Assembly: GCA_040235515.1 (NCBI GenBank)
Contig: JBECKX010000046.1
Location: forward strand, 1-27,707
DNA length: 27,707 nt
Reading direction: 5' to 3'
Source of the DNA: Candidatus Zixiibacteriota bacterium
GTDB taxonomy: Bacteria > Zixibacteria > MSB-5A5 > CAIYYT01
Made by a program: the position numbers and the translations under genes. Within the stretch, counting starts at the first letter, position 1. The number at the start of each line of letters is the position of its first letter. The notes under the pieces are model-generated. The model saw nothing but the letters and a program-made list of their open reading frames with translations. It was not told the DNA's origin and ran no database searches. Positions 16,338-25,271 of this stretch are shown piece after piece.

Positions 16338-18563
16338 TCACGAGCCGCACGGCGCGGCACCGGCAGCAAAGATGAAGTTGATCAGGAACACGGCATCTGA
16401 AACCGTCGTCATACCGTCGCAGTCGGCGTCTCCATGTTCAAGCGACGCCGGTGCCTGTCCTCCACCGAAGATGTAGTTGATGAGATAGACAGCATCCCCG
16501 ATGCTGTAGGCTCCGCTGTTGTCGGCATCACCACGCAGTACCTGCGGAAGGCAGCTATACTTCATGAAGAAGTAGTTATCCTCAACCTGATCGTTCCCAT
16601 CGAGGGCACGGGCGCGAATCAAGTAGAGCAAGCCCTCATGCAGAAAACCGCCGGACGGCACCACGGCGTGGAAACCGTTGAACCCGTCAAAGTCGGTGCC
16701 TATCTGGGTATAGCTGAGTGACTGCTGTGCCGGGTACATCCCCAGCGCGAGATCGACGCGGTAGGGAGTATTGTTCGGAAGGTAACCTACGACCAGAGAA
16801 TCACCACGGGTGAGGAGATACGAGGTACGCAGCAAACCACCGACCGGGTCGTACAGCGTGACAACGAGGCTGTCGGCGGTTGAGGCGGCGTAATCGATTT
16901 TCTTGAGGCCGAGCCAGTTTCCGAACGGCCCCGCAACCGCCAGAGCTGCGGTGCCTCCTCTACCGGCATAAACCTCCTTGAGCCAGGTCCAATCCGGTTT
17001 CTGCGGCGTGCTCAGCAGTACGCGCGATTCACGTGCTTTGAGGTAGTCACGCAACGCAACCACGAGGTTGTCATCCTGCGTTCCTAACATCTCGCGAGTC
17101 GAGAAGATCTCTGCAAGTTTCTCAACCTGTTGGTCGACGCTATAGAACTGCGAGCCATTCGCCATCACTTCGATGAATCCCCGATCGAACCAATACTTGA
17201 GCATCGAAGCAACGGCGCATGGCGCTACATAGTACTCCCCGAACTCACCATTATAATTATGATTGCCGTCAGCCGGATTTCCGTTGGCATCGCCATACGA
17301 AGCACGGTTGAGTTGCTGCAGCGAGCGTTCCTCGAAACTCGACAATGCGCGATAACCGAAGGTCACCGCCACGGGGTTCTCATCGCTGATTGTCACCTCT
17401 ATCGAGTCACCCGCACAGGCAGTGCTGAAATCGGGATTCTGATTGAATTGCGGTTCCAGCGGCAGCAGGTCCAGGTATGCCGAAATCGTGTCTGAGTAGT
17501 AGATCTGTTCGGGTGTGAAGATCGAGACCCGCATCAGGTAGTTTCCCTCAGAGATTCCAAATGTGGTCATCGGCGTCGACCAGCCATTGCTGTTAGCTGC
17601 GGCGCTGACGCCGTTGCGGAGCACCGGGGTTCCATTGAAGTCTTCGCCGATCTGCCACCATTGGTTCGATTTGTAGTATTCAAACAGCGCCGAATTGAAA
17701 GTGTACTTGTCGTTCAGTTCCGCCGCCCACAGCATCTGACCCGCCACGACACGGCCGGAATCTGCCGGGAAGATAAACTTCGGTTTGGGCAGGGCACCGT
17801 CGGTGGCGTAGCCGACGCTGAAGAGATGTATCGAACCGGGGAAGTTGTAATATTCGTTATCCGCGAGATCGGAGAGCCCGTAGCCCCACTCATTCCAGTT
17901 GATGCAGAGGTATGGCGTCGTGTCGAGGGCGATACCGGGATAGAATGCCGTCATGTCGGAGGCAAAATAGAGCCCCGCGAAATATGACCCTTCGACCGCA
18001 GTCGGTTGATCAAGCTGAACCATGAACGTATAAACGTTCGGTTCCGGGATACTGACCTGAAGCGGCTCGGTTAGTGCGAGGAAGTTCCCCGGGATCGGAC
18101 ACACCGGTGAAGAATAGAGCGAGTCGATGCCGGTAAGAAACGCCTGAACCTGAAATGTTCCGGCAGCGTTGAGGACCAGCGTCATGCCGACATGGGTTAC
18201 CACATAGGGATAGTTCTCTGCGCAGTCAACCAGCGGAAAATTGATATCCTGGTAAGCGTAGTAAATCTCATCACCCTCCATCCAGTCAAAGAGTGCTTGC
18301 ACGGGGTAGTCAACGAAGACGGTGCAATCGGAGATGATATCTTTGCTGCTGAGCAGAGGCCCATCCAGGGCCCCGCTATCAGGGAGTAATGACTGCCGGG
18401 CACCCAGGCGCTCGGAGATTGATCCCGTACGTACCGGATTGGGAGGCAGATCACGCCACACCGCTCTACCTGGAACCGGTTTTGTGATCGGGGCACTCTC
18501 GGCCATCAAGCCGGAGATCAGGCAGATCAGCAAACCGGCAACTGTGATTGTGAGAGATCTCAT
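16338..18563 (-). CDS. Secreted multidomain protein with C-terminal type I dockerin, 741 aa
   Basis: Signal peptide from ATG 18563 (MRSLTITVAGLLICLISGLMA); twin GDAD..G....DAV.LIN.IF repeats. Confidence 0.8.
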   Translation of the reverse strand: MRSLTITVAGLLICLISGLMAESAPITKPVPGRAVWRDLPPNPVRTGSISERLGARQSLLPDSGALDGPLLSSKDIISDCTVFVDYPVQALFDWMEGDEIYYAYQDINFPLVDCAENYPYVVTHVGMTLVLNAAGTFQVQAFLTGIDSLYSSPVCPIPGNFLALTEPLQVSIPEPNVYTFMVQLDQPTAVEGSYFAGLYFASDMTAFYPGIALDTTPYLCINWNEWGYGLSDLADNEYYNFPGSIHLFSVGYATDGALPKPKFIFPADSGRVVAGQMLWAAELNDKYTFNSALFEYYKSNQWWQIGEDFNGTPVLRNGVSAAANSNGWSTPMTTFGISEGNYLMRVSIFTPEQIYYSDTISAYLDLLPLEPQFNQNPDFSTACAGDSIEVTISDENPVAVTFGYRALSSFEERSLQQLNRASYGDANGNPADGNHNYNGEFGEYYVAPCAVASMLKYWFDRGFIEVMANGSQFYSVDQQVEKLAEIFSTREMLGTQDDNLVVALRDYLKARESRVLLSTPQKPDWTWLKEVYAGRGGTAALAVAGPFGNWLGLKKIDYAASTADSLVVTLYDPVGGLLRTSYLLTRGDSLVVGYLPNNTPYRVDLALGMYPAQQSLSYTQIGTDFDGFNGFHAVVPSGGFLHEGLLYLIRARALDGNDQVEDNYFFMKYSCLPQVLRGDADNSGAYSIGDAVYLINYIFGGGQAPASLEHGDADCDGMTTVSDAVFLINFIFAAGAAPCGS

Positions 18564-18875
18564 ACGCACGCTATCATTATCGGCAGAGATCAGCGCCGGG
18601 TAAATGGGGAGCAAGGGAACGAAAGTGCCGCCGGCTATCCTGCCCGGTTGGTCTGAACCGTAGTCGGTCTGAGAATGCCGGGCAGCCGGAATGGGGGATA
18701 GAGGCTTTGATCGCCGCTTTCAGAGATATTGCTCTACAATATCCGGCTGCGTCTATCTTGAATAATTCCAACGAGTTACAGACATAACCGCGAGGGGGCA
18801 TGGTCGTCGGAATCACGGCGAGTAGAGTTCGCTCTGCACTCAGAGAATAATTTTCATTCAAGCTTCACAAAGTTA

Positions 18876-18904
18876 TTGACGACTGCACAAATGTGCAGTA
18901 TACT
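18876..18904 (+). promoter_or_regulatory. sigma70 promoter with palindromic operator filling the spacer
   Basis: TTGACG-17 bp-TATACT, with a perfect ACTGCACA-AA-TGTGCAGT at 18882-18899. Confidence 0.8.
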
Positions 18905-18909
18905 GGACG

Positions 18910-19086
18910 CGTCACTGAATAGAGGTCTTCACCTGAACTCATTCAAGTGAACCGTTACATCGTCCAGCCGGGAGTCAGGTATCTCGCGAATCTGATTCCC
19001 GGTATTCGTCGGTGCCGGCGGTTATCACAAGATTCGCAACGCGACCCCAGCAGTTTCAACCGACCTGACGACACGCACGAGTGACG
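18910..19086 (+). ncRNA. Structured ~177-nt leader or small RNA (loosely 6S-like rod)
   Basis: Closing stem CGTCACT/AGTGACG; apical stem CCGGGAGTCAG/CTGATTCCCGG (18968-19002) extended by CATCG/CGGTG and AACCGTT/GGCGGTT. Begins at the expected TSS. Confidence 0.35.
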
Positions 19087-19135
19087 ATTAGTGAGAGCTA
19101 TCATACAAGAAAATCTCGAAGTGAGGAGAGCCTGA

Positions 19136-19363
19136 ATGGATTGGCAAAATGAGTATGACCCGGCGCAGGAGGCGGCGGTTGCCACAGCGGCCACCAGTTC
19201 CGCACTCGAATGCCGTTGTGGAGGAATTGTGCAGAGTTGGGGGGATGAGTTGCTTTGCGACGCCTGTGGACGGCGTTACTGCCCCGAATGTGGCGGTGAA
19301 GTCGTTATCGAAGGGCGTTGCGGTTATTGCGTGGCGTGTGCTGCGTCAAGTTGCGAAGGCTAG
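19136..19363 (+). CDS. Small Cys-rich double zinc-ribbon protein, 75 aa
   Basis: GAGGAG RBS; CRC, CDAC, CPEC and CGYCVAC motifs. Confidence 0.7.
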   Translation: MDWQNEYDPAQEAAVATAATSSALECRCGGIVQSWGDELLCDACGRRYCPECGGEVVIEGRCGYCVACAASSCEG

Positions 19364-19445
19364 CGGTGTCTGGCTATGACCGGAAGATCGAAGAGTGTCT
19401 TGATGAACCTTGGTGGGGCCAGGTCAGAAATTTTAAGAAAGGGAG

Positions 19446-22106
19446 ATGGAGAGAATGTTGGTTTCACACCTCGTGGACTATGGAGTACCTGCTGTGGTAG
19501 TTGAGAGTTGGCGCCGGCGAATGGGAGAGGAATTGCTCCCTCTGCAGGAGGAGGCTGTGATCAAAGGCCGTCTCCTGCAGGGAGAGAGTCTTCTGATCGA
19601 AGCTCCGACTTCTGCCGGCAAGACCTTTTGTGCAGAGATTGCCGCGGCGCAGGCGATTTTTCAGCGGCGCAAGGTGTTGATGCTGGTTCCACTCAAGGCG
19701 ATTGCGGCTGAACGGTTCGCTGATTTCCGACAGAAGTATGCTGCGCTCGGAATCAGAGTGGCGCTTGCGACAGGCGACTATCGTGGCGATGATCTCAGGA
19801 TCAAGCGAGGGGAGTTTGATCTTGCGATTCTAATCTATGAGAAACTCAACCAGCTAATGTTCGAGAATCGCAGCGTTTTCAAGTCGGTTGCGCTGGTTAT
19901 CGTTGATGAGTTGCAGATGCTTGCGGATCGTGATCGCGGTCCGCTGCTGGAACTGGCGCTGACCAAGCTATTGCTGTTGCCAGAGCGACCTCAGCTTCTG
20001 GCGTTGACAACATCAGCCTCAAACAGCGAAGAACTGGCGGCGTGGCTCGGTTGCAGCATTCTCACGGGAGCTTCACGGCCGGTCGATTTGAGGCTGGGGG
20101 TGCTCAGCGGTTGCAGTTACAAGTCATTGAGTTTCAATCAAAAACAGCAATCAGAGGAACAATTGCTCCAACAGGAGCCGTGCGAGCCGGAGGAGCGACT
20201 GCTTCAGGTTGTCGAGGCTATCACCGCCTCCGAGGAACAGATCCTGATCTTCGTCCGCAGCAAGCGCGCGGCTGAGAACCTCGCGGAGATGCTGGCGGAA
20301 CGGCGAGAATGGAGTGCGGCTGATGAGCTGATCAGGCGTCTCGACGATCAACTCCCATCTCTGCTCCGTGACAAGCTGGTGGCGACTTGCGGCGCCGGTG
20401 TGGCGTTTCATCATGCCGACCTTGCACCGGCATTGCGACAGACGGTCGAGGAATTCTTTCGCAAGGGCAGGATCAAGGTCGTCTTTGCCACCACCACGCT
20501 GGCATTCGGGGTGAATCTGCCGGCTGACAGCGTGATAGTGGACGCCTATAAATTCGAAGCGGGTGAGCAGCAGGGGGAGACTTCGGTTGTACCGCTCAAC
20601 TGGCGTGAGTATGAGGCGATGTCGGGTCGGGCGGGGCGCTTCGGACAGGGTAAAGATTTTGGTCGATCGTTGCTCCTGGCTGAGAGTGATCTCGAGGCGG
20701 AAAGCTTGTGGAAGCTCTATGTCAAGGGCGAGGCGACTCCGATTCAATCGCGTTTAGAGTCACTCGACCTGCGCGATATCCTGCTTGAATTCTTCGCTGC
20801 TAATTCGGCAGTGTCGGGTGAGTCGCTTGAAGTAATACTTGAGTCGACTCTGGCGGCAAGAGAAGGAGTCGCCTGGTCGGATGCGCAGGTAAACTCTGCA
20901 GTGGAGTCGCTTGATTCGCTCAGCTTGATTCGCTCAGAGGGAGACGAAGTTGCCGCCACTGCTCTTGGAAAGGGGTGCAAGCGGCAGGGGTTGAGTGTCG
21001 CTGGTTTGAGACTTCTCAGCCACTATCTCGACAGTGATGCGCCGAGTGATCGGTTGAGCTGGTTGGTGGCTGTGGCGTCGCTTCCGGAGGCCGCGCGGAT
21101 GCCACTCTATCTTACCTACCAGGAAGAGCGTGGCCGAATCTGGCGTGAAGCGCTGCTCGAGCACCTGCATAACTCCGGGGTGAATGGGAAAGACTCCGCG
21201 GGGGACTGGCTCACCGCCAGAGCTGATCGAGACTACATCCTCAGCCGCGAGGAACAACGCCAGTTGAAGTGCGGCTTGCTGCTGGAGGAGTGGTGCGCAG
21301 GCGTCGACACGCTGACACTGGAAGCTCGCTATTCCACTCATTTCGGAGCGATGCTGCAGCTTTCGGAGATGGCCAGTTGGCTGCTCAATGCCGCTGCTGA
21401 GGTGGCCCGCATTCGGAACTGTCCCGATCAAATCTGCCGGTTGCTGAGTCAGCTTGCCGCTGAGGTGGCACATGGACACAGCTACACCGATTCGATCGTG
21501 GCGCGGCTGCTACCGGCAGCGGAGGAACGCGGCTCTGCTATCGCCTTGATCGGGGCCGGACTGGAGCGCAGCGATGATTACACCGGGATCACATTCGAGC
21601 AGTTGTCCGAAATCGTTGGTTCAACTACTGCAAGGCGAATACAGCAGTCTCTTAAAGTAATACTTCAATCGAATGATAAGAAAGAATCAGGGGTCTCAAA
21701 GAAGAATGGAAAGGAGGCAAGCATGCCTTTACTCAGACTTCGCGGTTCAATGCAGGGGGATAGAGTACCGATTCGCTACAAAGAAGCAGAGATCGATCTG
21801 ACGCCGAAAAGCTTCAGTTATCTCTTCAAGCTCTCAGCCTGGCGCCTGCTCAGACCGGACGGCTGGGTGAGCAAGGATGAAATCGAGCCCGGTTTCAACC
21901 AGGCGAAGAACATCTATCGAGTCAAACAGGAATTGAAGCGTTTCGCGACCGGTCTTGAGAAGCTGATCGAGAACAACAAATCGGGTTGCTACCGGATCAA
22001 TCTCGACCCTGAGCAGATCCGCATCGATCACGACTCGATGGAGTCGTTTTGCGATATGGAGTTGCTGAATCTCTCCCGACGCCTGCAGCAACGCCTGGCG
22101 TCGTAG
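19446..22106 (+). CDS. Ski2/Hel308-like SF2 helicase with C-terminal winged-helix-like domain, 886 aa
   Basis: Q motif, APTSAGKT, PLKAIA, DELQ, FHHADL, TTTLAFGVNLPA and MSGRAGR. Confidence 0.9.
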   Translation: MERMLVSHLVDYGVPAVVVESWRRRMGEELLPLQEEAVIKGRLLQGESLLIEAPTSAGKTFCAEIAAAQAIFQRRKVLMLVPLKAIAAERFADFRQKYAALGIRVALATGDYRGDDLRIKRGEFDLAILIYEKLNQLMFENRSVFKSVALVIVDELQMLADRDRGPLLELALTKLLLLPERPQLLALTTSASNSEELAAWLGCSILTGASRPVDLRLGVLSGCSYKSLSFNQKQQSEEQLLQQEPCEPEERLLQVVEAITASEEQILIFVRSKRAAENLAEMLAERREWSAADELIRRLDDQLPSLLRDKLVATCGAGVAFHHADLAPALRQTVEEFFRKGRIKVVFATTTLAFGVNLPADSVIVDAYKFEAGEQQGETSVVPLNWREYEAMSGRAGRFGQGKDFGRSLLLAESDLEAESLWKLYVKGEATPIQSRLESLDLRDILLEFFAANSAVSGESLEVILESTLAAREGVAWSDAQVNSAVESLDSLSLIRSEGDEVAATALGKGCKRQGLSVAGLRLLSHYLDSDAPSDRLSWLVAVASLPEAARMPLYLTYQEERGRIWREALLEHLHNSGVNGKDSAGDWLTARADRDYILSREEQRQLKCGLLLEEWCAGVDTLTLEARYSTHFGAMLQLSEMASWLLNAAAEVARIRNCPDQICRLLSQLAAEVAHGHSYTDSIVARLLPAAEERGSAIALIGAGLERSDDYTGITFEQLSEIVGSTTARRIQQSLKVILQSNDKKESGVSKKNGKEASMPLLRLRGSMQGDRVPIRYKEAEIDLTPKSFSYLFKLSAWRLLRPDGWVSKDEIEPGFNQAKNIYRVKQELKRFATGLEKLIENNKSGCYRINLDPEQIRIDHDSMESFCDMELLNLSRRLQQRLAS

Positions 22107-22424
22107 GGATCACAAGGCGACCAAATATCGGAAATTCCAAGAGTAATCTGGTTGGACTATTGTCAGAATCCGCCGATAAGAACGTTATAGGTTTGTCAGG
22201 CAACCACTTCGCTGTTTGGCAAATCGCAGGCGGCAAACCGCTTCATCGGGTCACCGGCGACAACTGCGGAACGCCTGCGGGGCTGTATTCGTTCTAGTTA
22301 CTAGAACAAGTTATGAGCACCGGGTGATCTCACTTTTGGTGCAGTCAAATGGCTTCAACAACGTTATGATCTACCCGGGCAACTGGGGGTCGGCCAGAAT
22401 TCAACGCGTGCCATAGGCGGAGAA

Positions 22425-24944
22425 ATGAGCAAAAAAGAACGCAAACTTCCTATCCTGCCGATGCGGACCACAATCGTTTTCCCCAGTTGTGTGGAGACGA
22501 TGCAAATCAGCCGACCACGAAGTCTCCGGATGATGAAGGAACTGGAGAAGTCGCATGACCTGATCGCCATGGTTCCCCTGCAGCCGGGCGTGGAGGATAT
22601 TCGTTCGAGCGATGACCTCTGCCAAATCGGTGTGCTTGCTCGTCCGCTGGTGATCCAGCCTTCTCGTGATGAAACCTACAGCGTCACTTTCGAAGCGTCC
22701 CGCAGACTGGTTCTGAAATCGATTGTCTCCGAGCAACCGTTTTATGTTGGCATCTTCGAAGAAGTGGAAGTTGACGGCAGCGCCACCGGCCTCGAAAAGA
22801 CAGTCCAGAAAGTTTACAACTATGCCGTTCGGCTGCTTAATTCCGACTCTCACTACTCGCCGGAAATTTATGAAATCCTCAAATCGAACCGCGACGAGGT
22901 GGTCCGATTTGTTGATGTCGTATCGCATCACCTGCATTTTTCATTTGAAGCCAAGCGTGAGCTGCTGATCGCTAAGACATTGAAAGAGAGGATCTTCCAC
23001 CTTCTCGATTTCTTGAGCGAGGAATGTCAGCGTTTGGAGATCGAAGATGAACTGAAGATCAAGGTCGAGGATGCCATCAATCGGTCGCAGCGGGAGTTCT
23101 TCCTGCGAGCCAAGCTCAAAGAGATTCGACGCGAACTCGGCGAGGACTTCGAAGAGGATAACGCGGCTGCCTCCTACCGAAAGCGCATTGCGCTGCTCAA
23201 GGATCTGCCGGTGGAGGTCAAGGAGCAGCTGTTTCTCGAGACTGAGCGACTGAAGATTCTCTCCACGGCTTCCGCCGAGTATGGCTCGATCAAACGCTAC
23301 CTCGACTGGTTGCTGGCGATTCCGTGGAACAATATTCGTTCCGACAAGAAGAACCTCGTTGATGTGGAGAATATCATCGAGAAGAATTTCTTCGGCGGTG
23401 ATGACATCAAAGAGGGGATCACAGAGTATCTTGCCACCCGCCAACTCTCCGAGGAGGTCTCAGCTCCGGTCTTATGCCTGAGTGGGCCGTCGGGAACCGG
23501 CAAGGCGTCGCTGGCGAGTTCGATCGCCACCGCGCTCGACCGCGAACTGGTACGATTCTCCGTGGCGGGATTCAGCTCTGTTGCCGAGTTGCGCGGCGAA
23601 CCGCATACGCTCGAAGGGGCGATGCCGGGCAAGATCATCCGCTCGTTGATCGACACCGGCTGCATGAATCCGGTGTTCCTGATCGAGGACCTTGATAAGC
23701 TGGCCAACGACGAGAGCCGCGTGGCGATCGCGCTGGCGTTTCTCGACTTGATCGATCCACGCCAGAATCGCCGCTACATCGATGATTATATCTCGCTACC
23801 GATAGACCTGTCACGAGTGATTTTCATCTTCAGCATGCACAGCACCGAGATGATCCCTGACTCGCTACTGGAGCGGATGGAGGTGATCGAGTTCTCCGGT
23901 TACGTCGATCGTGAGAAGATCGCGATCGCCGAAAAGCACCTGGTGCCGTCGCTGCTCGCCAAGCACGGCATCGAGCCGAATGAACTCAAGGTGACAGCCG
24001 GGGCGCTGCGGAATCTGATCCGAAACTACACGATGGAAGCCGGGCTCAGCCAGGTGAAGTCACGGATCGAGAGCCTGTGCCGCAAGTATTCGAAGGCGAA
24101 GGCCACGGCCTCGAAGAGCGTCAAGTGGGTGGTGACGGAGGATAACCTCGAAAAGTATTTTGGTCCGCCAATCTTCATTCCTGAGACCGCGGAGAGCCAG
24201 CCGGAGATCGGCGTGGCGGCCGGAGTTGCCTGGACCGGCGCCGGTGGGGATATCATGATGATCGAGGGTCTGAAGATGCGCGGTTCCGGCGGGGTCGTCT
24301 GTACCGGGTCGCTCGGTGACGTGATGCGCGAATCGGTTCAGGCGGCGCATAGTTTCGTCAGATCAAAGGCCGACCTGCTGCAGATTCCGTATGATGATTT
24401 CGCGAACTACGATATCCATATTCATTTCCCGCAGGGGGCAATTCCGAAAGATGGCCCTTCGGCCGGAGTGACGATTTCGCTGGTGATGGCATCCGTCATG
24501 AGTGATCGTCCGATCAGGAATGATATCGCGATGACCGGTGAAGTCTCTTTGCGTGGCAAGGTCCTGGCAGTCTCCGGGATCAAGGAGAAGGTCGCTGCGG
24601 CGCATCGCGCCGGCATCTTCAAGTTTGTCCTGCCCGCCCAGAACAAGAAGGATATCAAGCATCTGCCGAAGGATCTGCGTGACCAGATGGAGTTCATCTA
24701 TATCGAGCGCACCGACGAGCTGTTCGAAGCGGCCCTGCTCGATTACCAGCCGGGGTCGGAAACGCTCCAGGATCTGATGATGATGGAACTGCGCAGGCAG
24801 GCGTCCGAGGAAGAGCAGAACGAGTCAAAGCAGAAGGTCAAGAAGTCGGCGAAGCGACGCCGGACCGGCACCGACGAAGAGCCGGCGCGGCCGAAGCGGA
24901 GCAAGAAGACTCCCGGGACGCAGAAGCGGAAGCGGAACAAGTAG
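22425..24944 (+). CDS. lon: Lon (LonA) protease with degenerate AAA+ motifs, 839 aa
   Basis: N-domain LPILPMR...FP, QREFFLR, YLDWLLAIPW, IHIHFPQGAIPKDGPSAG (Ser) and GIKEK (Lys). Confidence 0.92.
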   Translation: MSKKERKLPILPMRTTIVFPSCVETMQISRPRSLRMMKELEKSHDLIAMVPLQPGVEDIRSSDDLCQIGVLARPLVIQPSRDETYSVTFEASRRLVLKSIVSEQPFYVGIFEEVEVDGSATGLEKTVQKVYNYAVRLLNSDSHYSPEIYEILKSNRDEVVRFVDVVSHHLHFSFEAKRELLIAKTLKERIFHLLDFLSEECQRLEIEDELKIKVEDAINRSQREFFLRAKLKEIRRELGEDFEEDNAAASYRKRIALLKDLPVEVKEQLFLETERLKILSTASAEYGSIKRYLDWLLAIPWNNIRSDKKNLVDVENIIEKNFFGGDDIKEGITEYLATRQLSEEVSAPVLCLSGPSGTGKASLASSIATALDRELVRFSVAGFSSVAELRGEPHTLEGAMPGKIIRSLIDTGCMNPVFLIEDLDKLANDESRVAIALAFLDLIDPRQNRRYIDDYISLPIDLSRVIFIFSMHSTEMIPDSLLERMEVIEFSGYVDREKIAIAEKHLVPSLLAKHGIEPNELKVTAGALRNLIRNYTMEAGLSQVKSRIESLCRKYSKAKATASKSVKWVVTEDNLEKYFGPPIFIPETAESQPEIGVAAGVAWTGAGGDIMMIEGLKMRGSGGVVCTGSLGDVMRESVQAAHSFVRSKADLLQIPYDDFANYDIHIHFPQGAIPKDGPSAGVTISLVMASVMSDRPIRNDIAMTGEVSLRGKVLAVSGIKEKVAAAHRAGIFKFVLPAQNKKDIKHLPKDLRDQMEFIYIERTDELFEAALLDYQPGSETLQDLMMMELRRQASEEEQNESKQKVKKSAKRRRTGTDEEPARPKRSKKTPGTQKRKRNK

Positions 24945-25271
24945 GCGGTCATCCCGTGACCTGCTGTACCGCCCGGTTTGCCCGTTTGAGCTCGTAGAAG
25001 CTCTCATAAATATCTCCAGAAACTCCCCGATCTAACTCAATCCTAACTATTTGCGTCTCTTTCGGATCAATTTGATCTTGACATACGTCGGGATCAGTAG
25101 TTGATTACTAAATAGGTGGTTGGGGTACTTTTCGTACAATCCAGTTGTACTGACGAATTCTCACACACTAGTTCGAAGTAACTAAATTTCAAGAATCGTT
25201 TACGAAGTGAATCTGTAATTGCACGGACGGAAATGCGTGCGCTTACCTTATAGGAAGAGGGAGGTTCTTTG

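Noticed and set aside
25078..25106. TTGACA as the -35 of the cohesin-BACON gene
   Set aside because: No acceptable -10 at 16-18 bp spacing.
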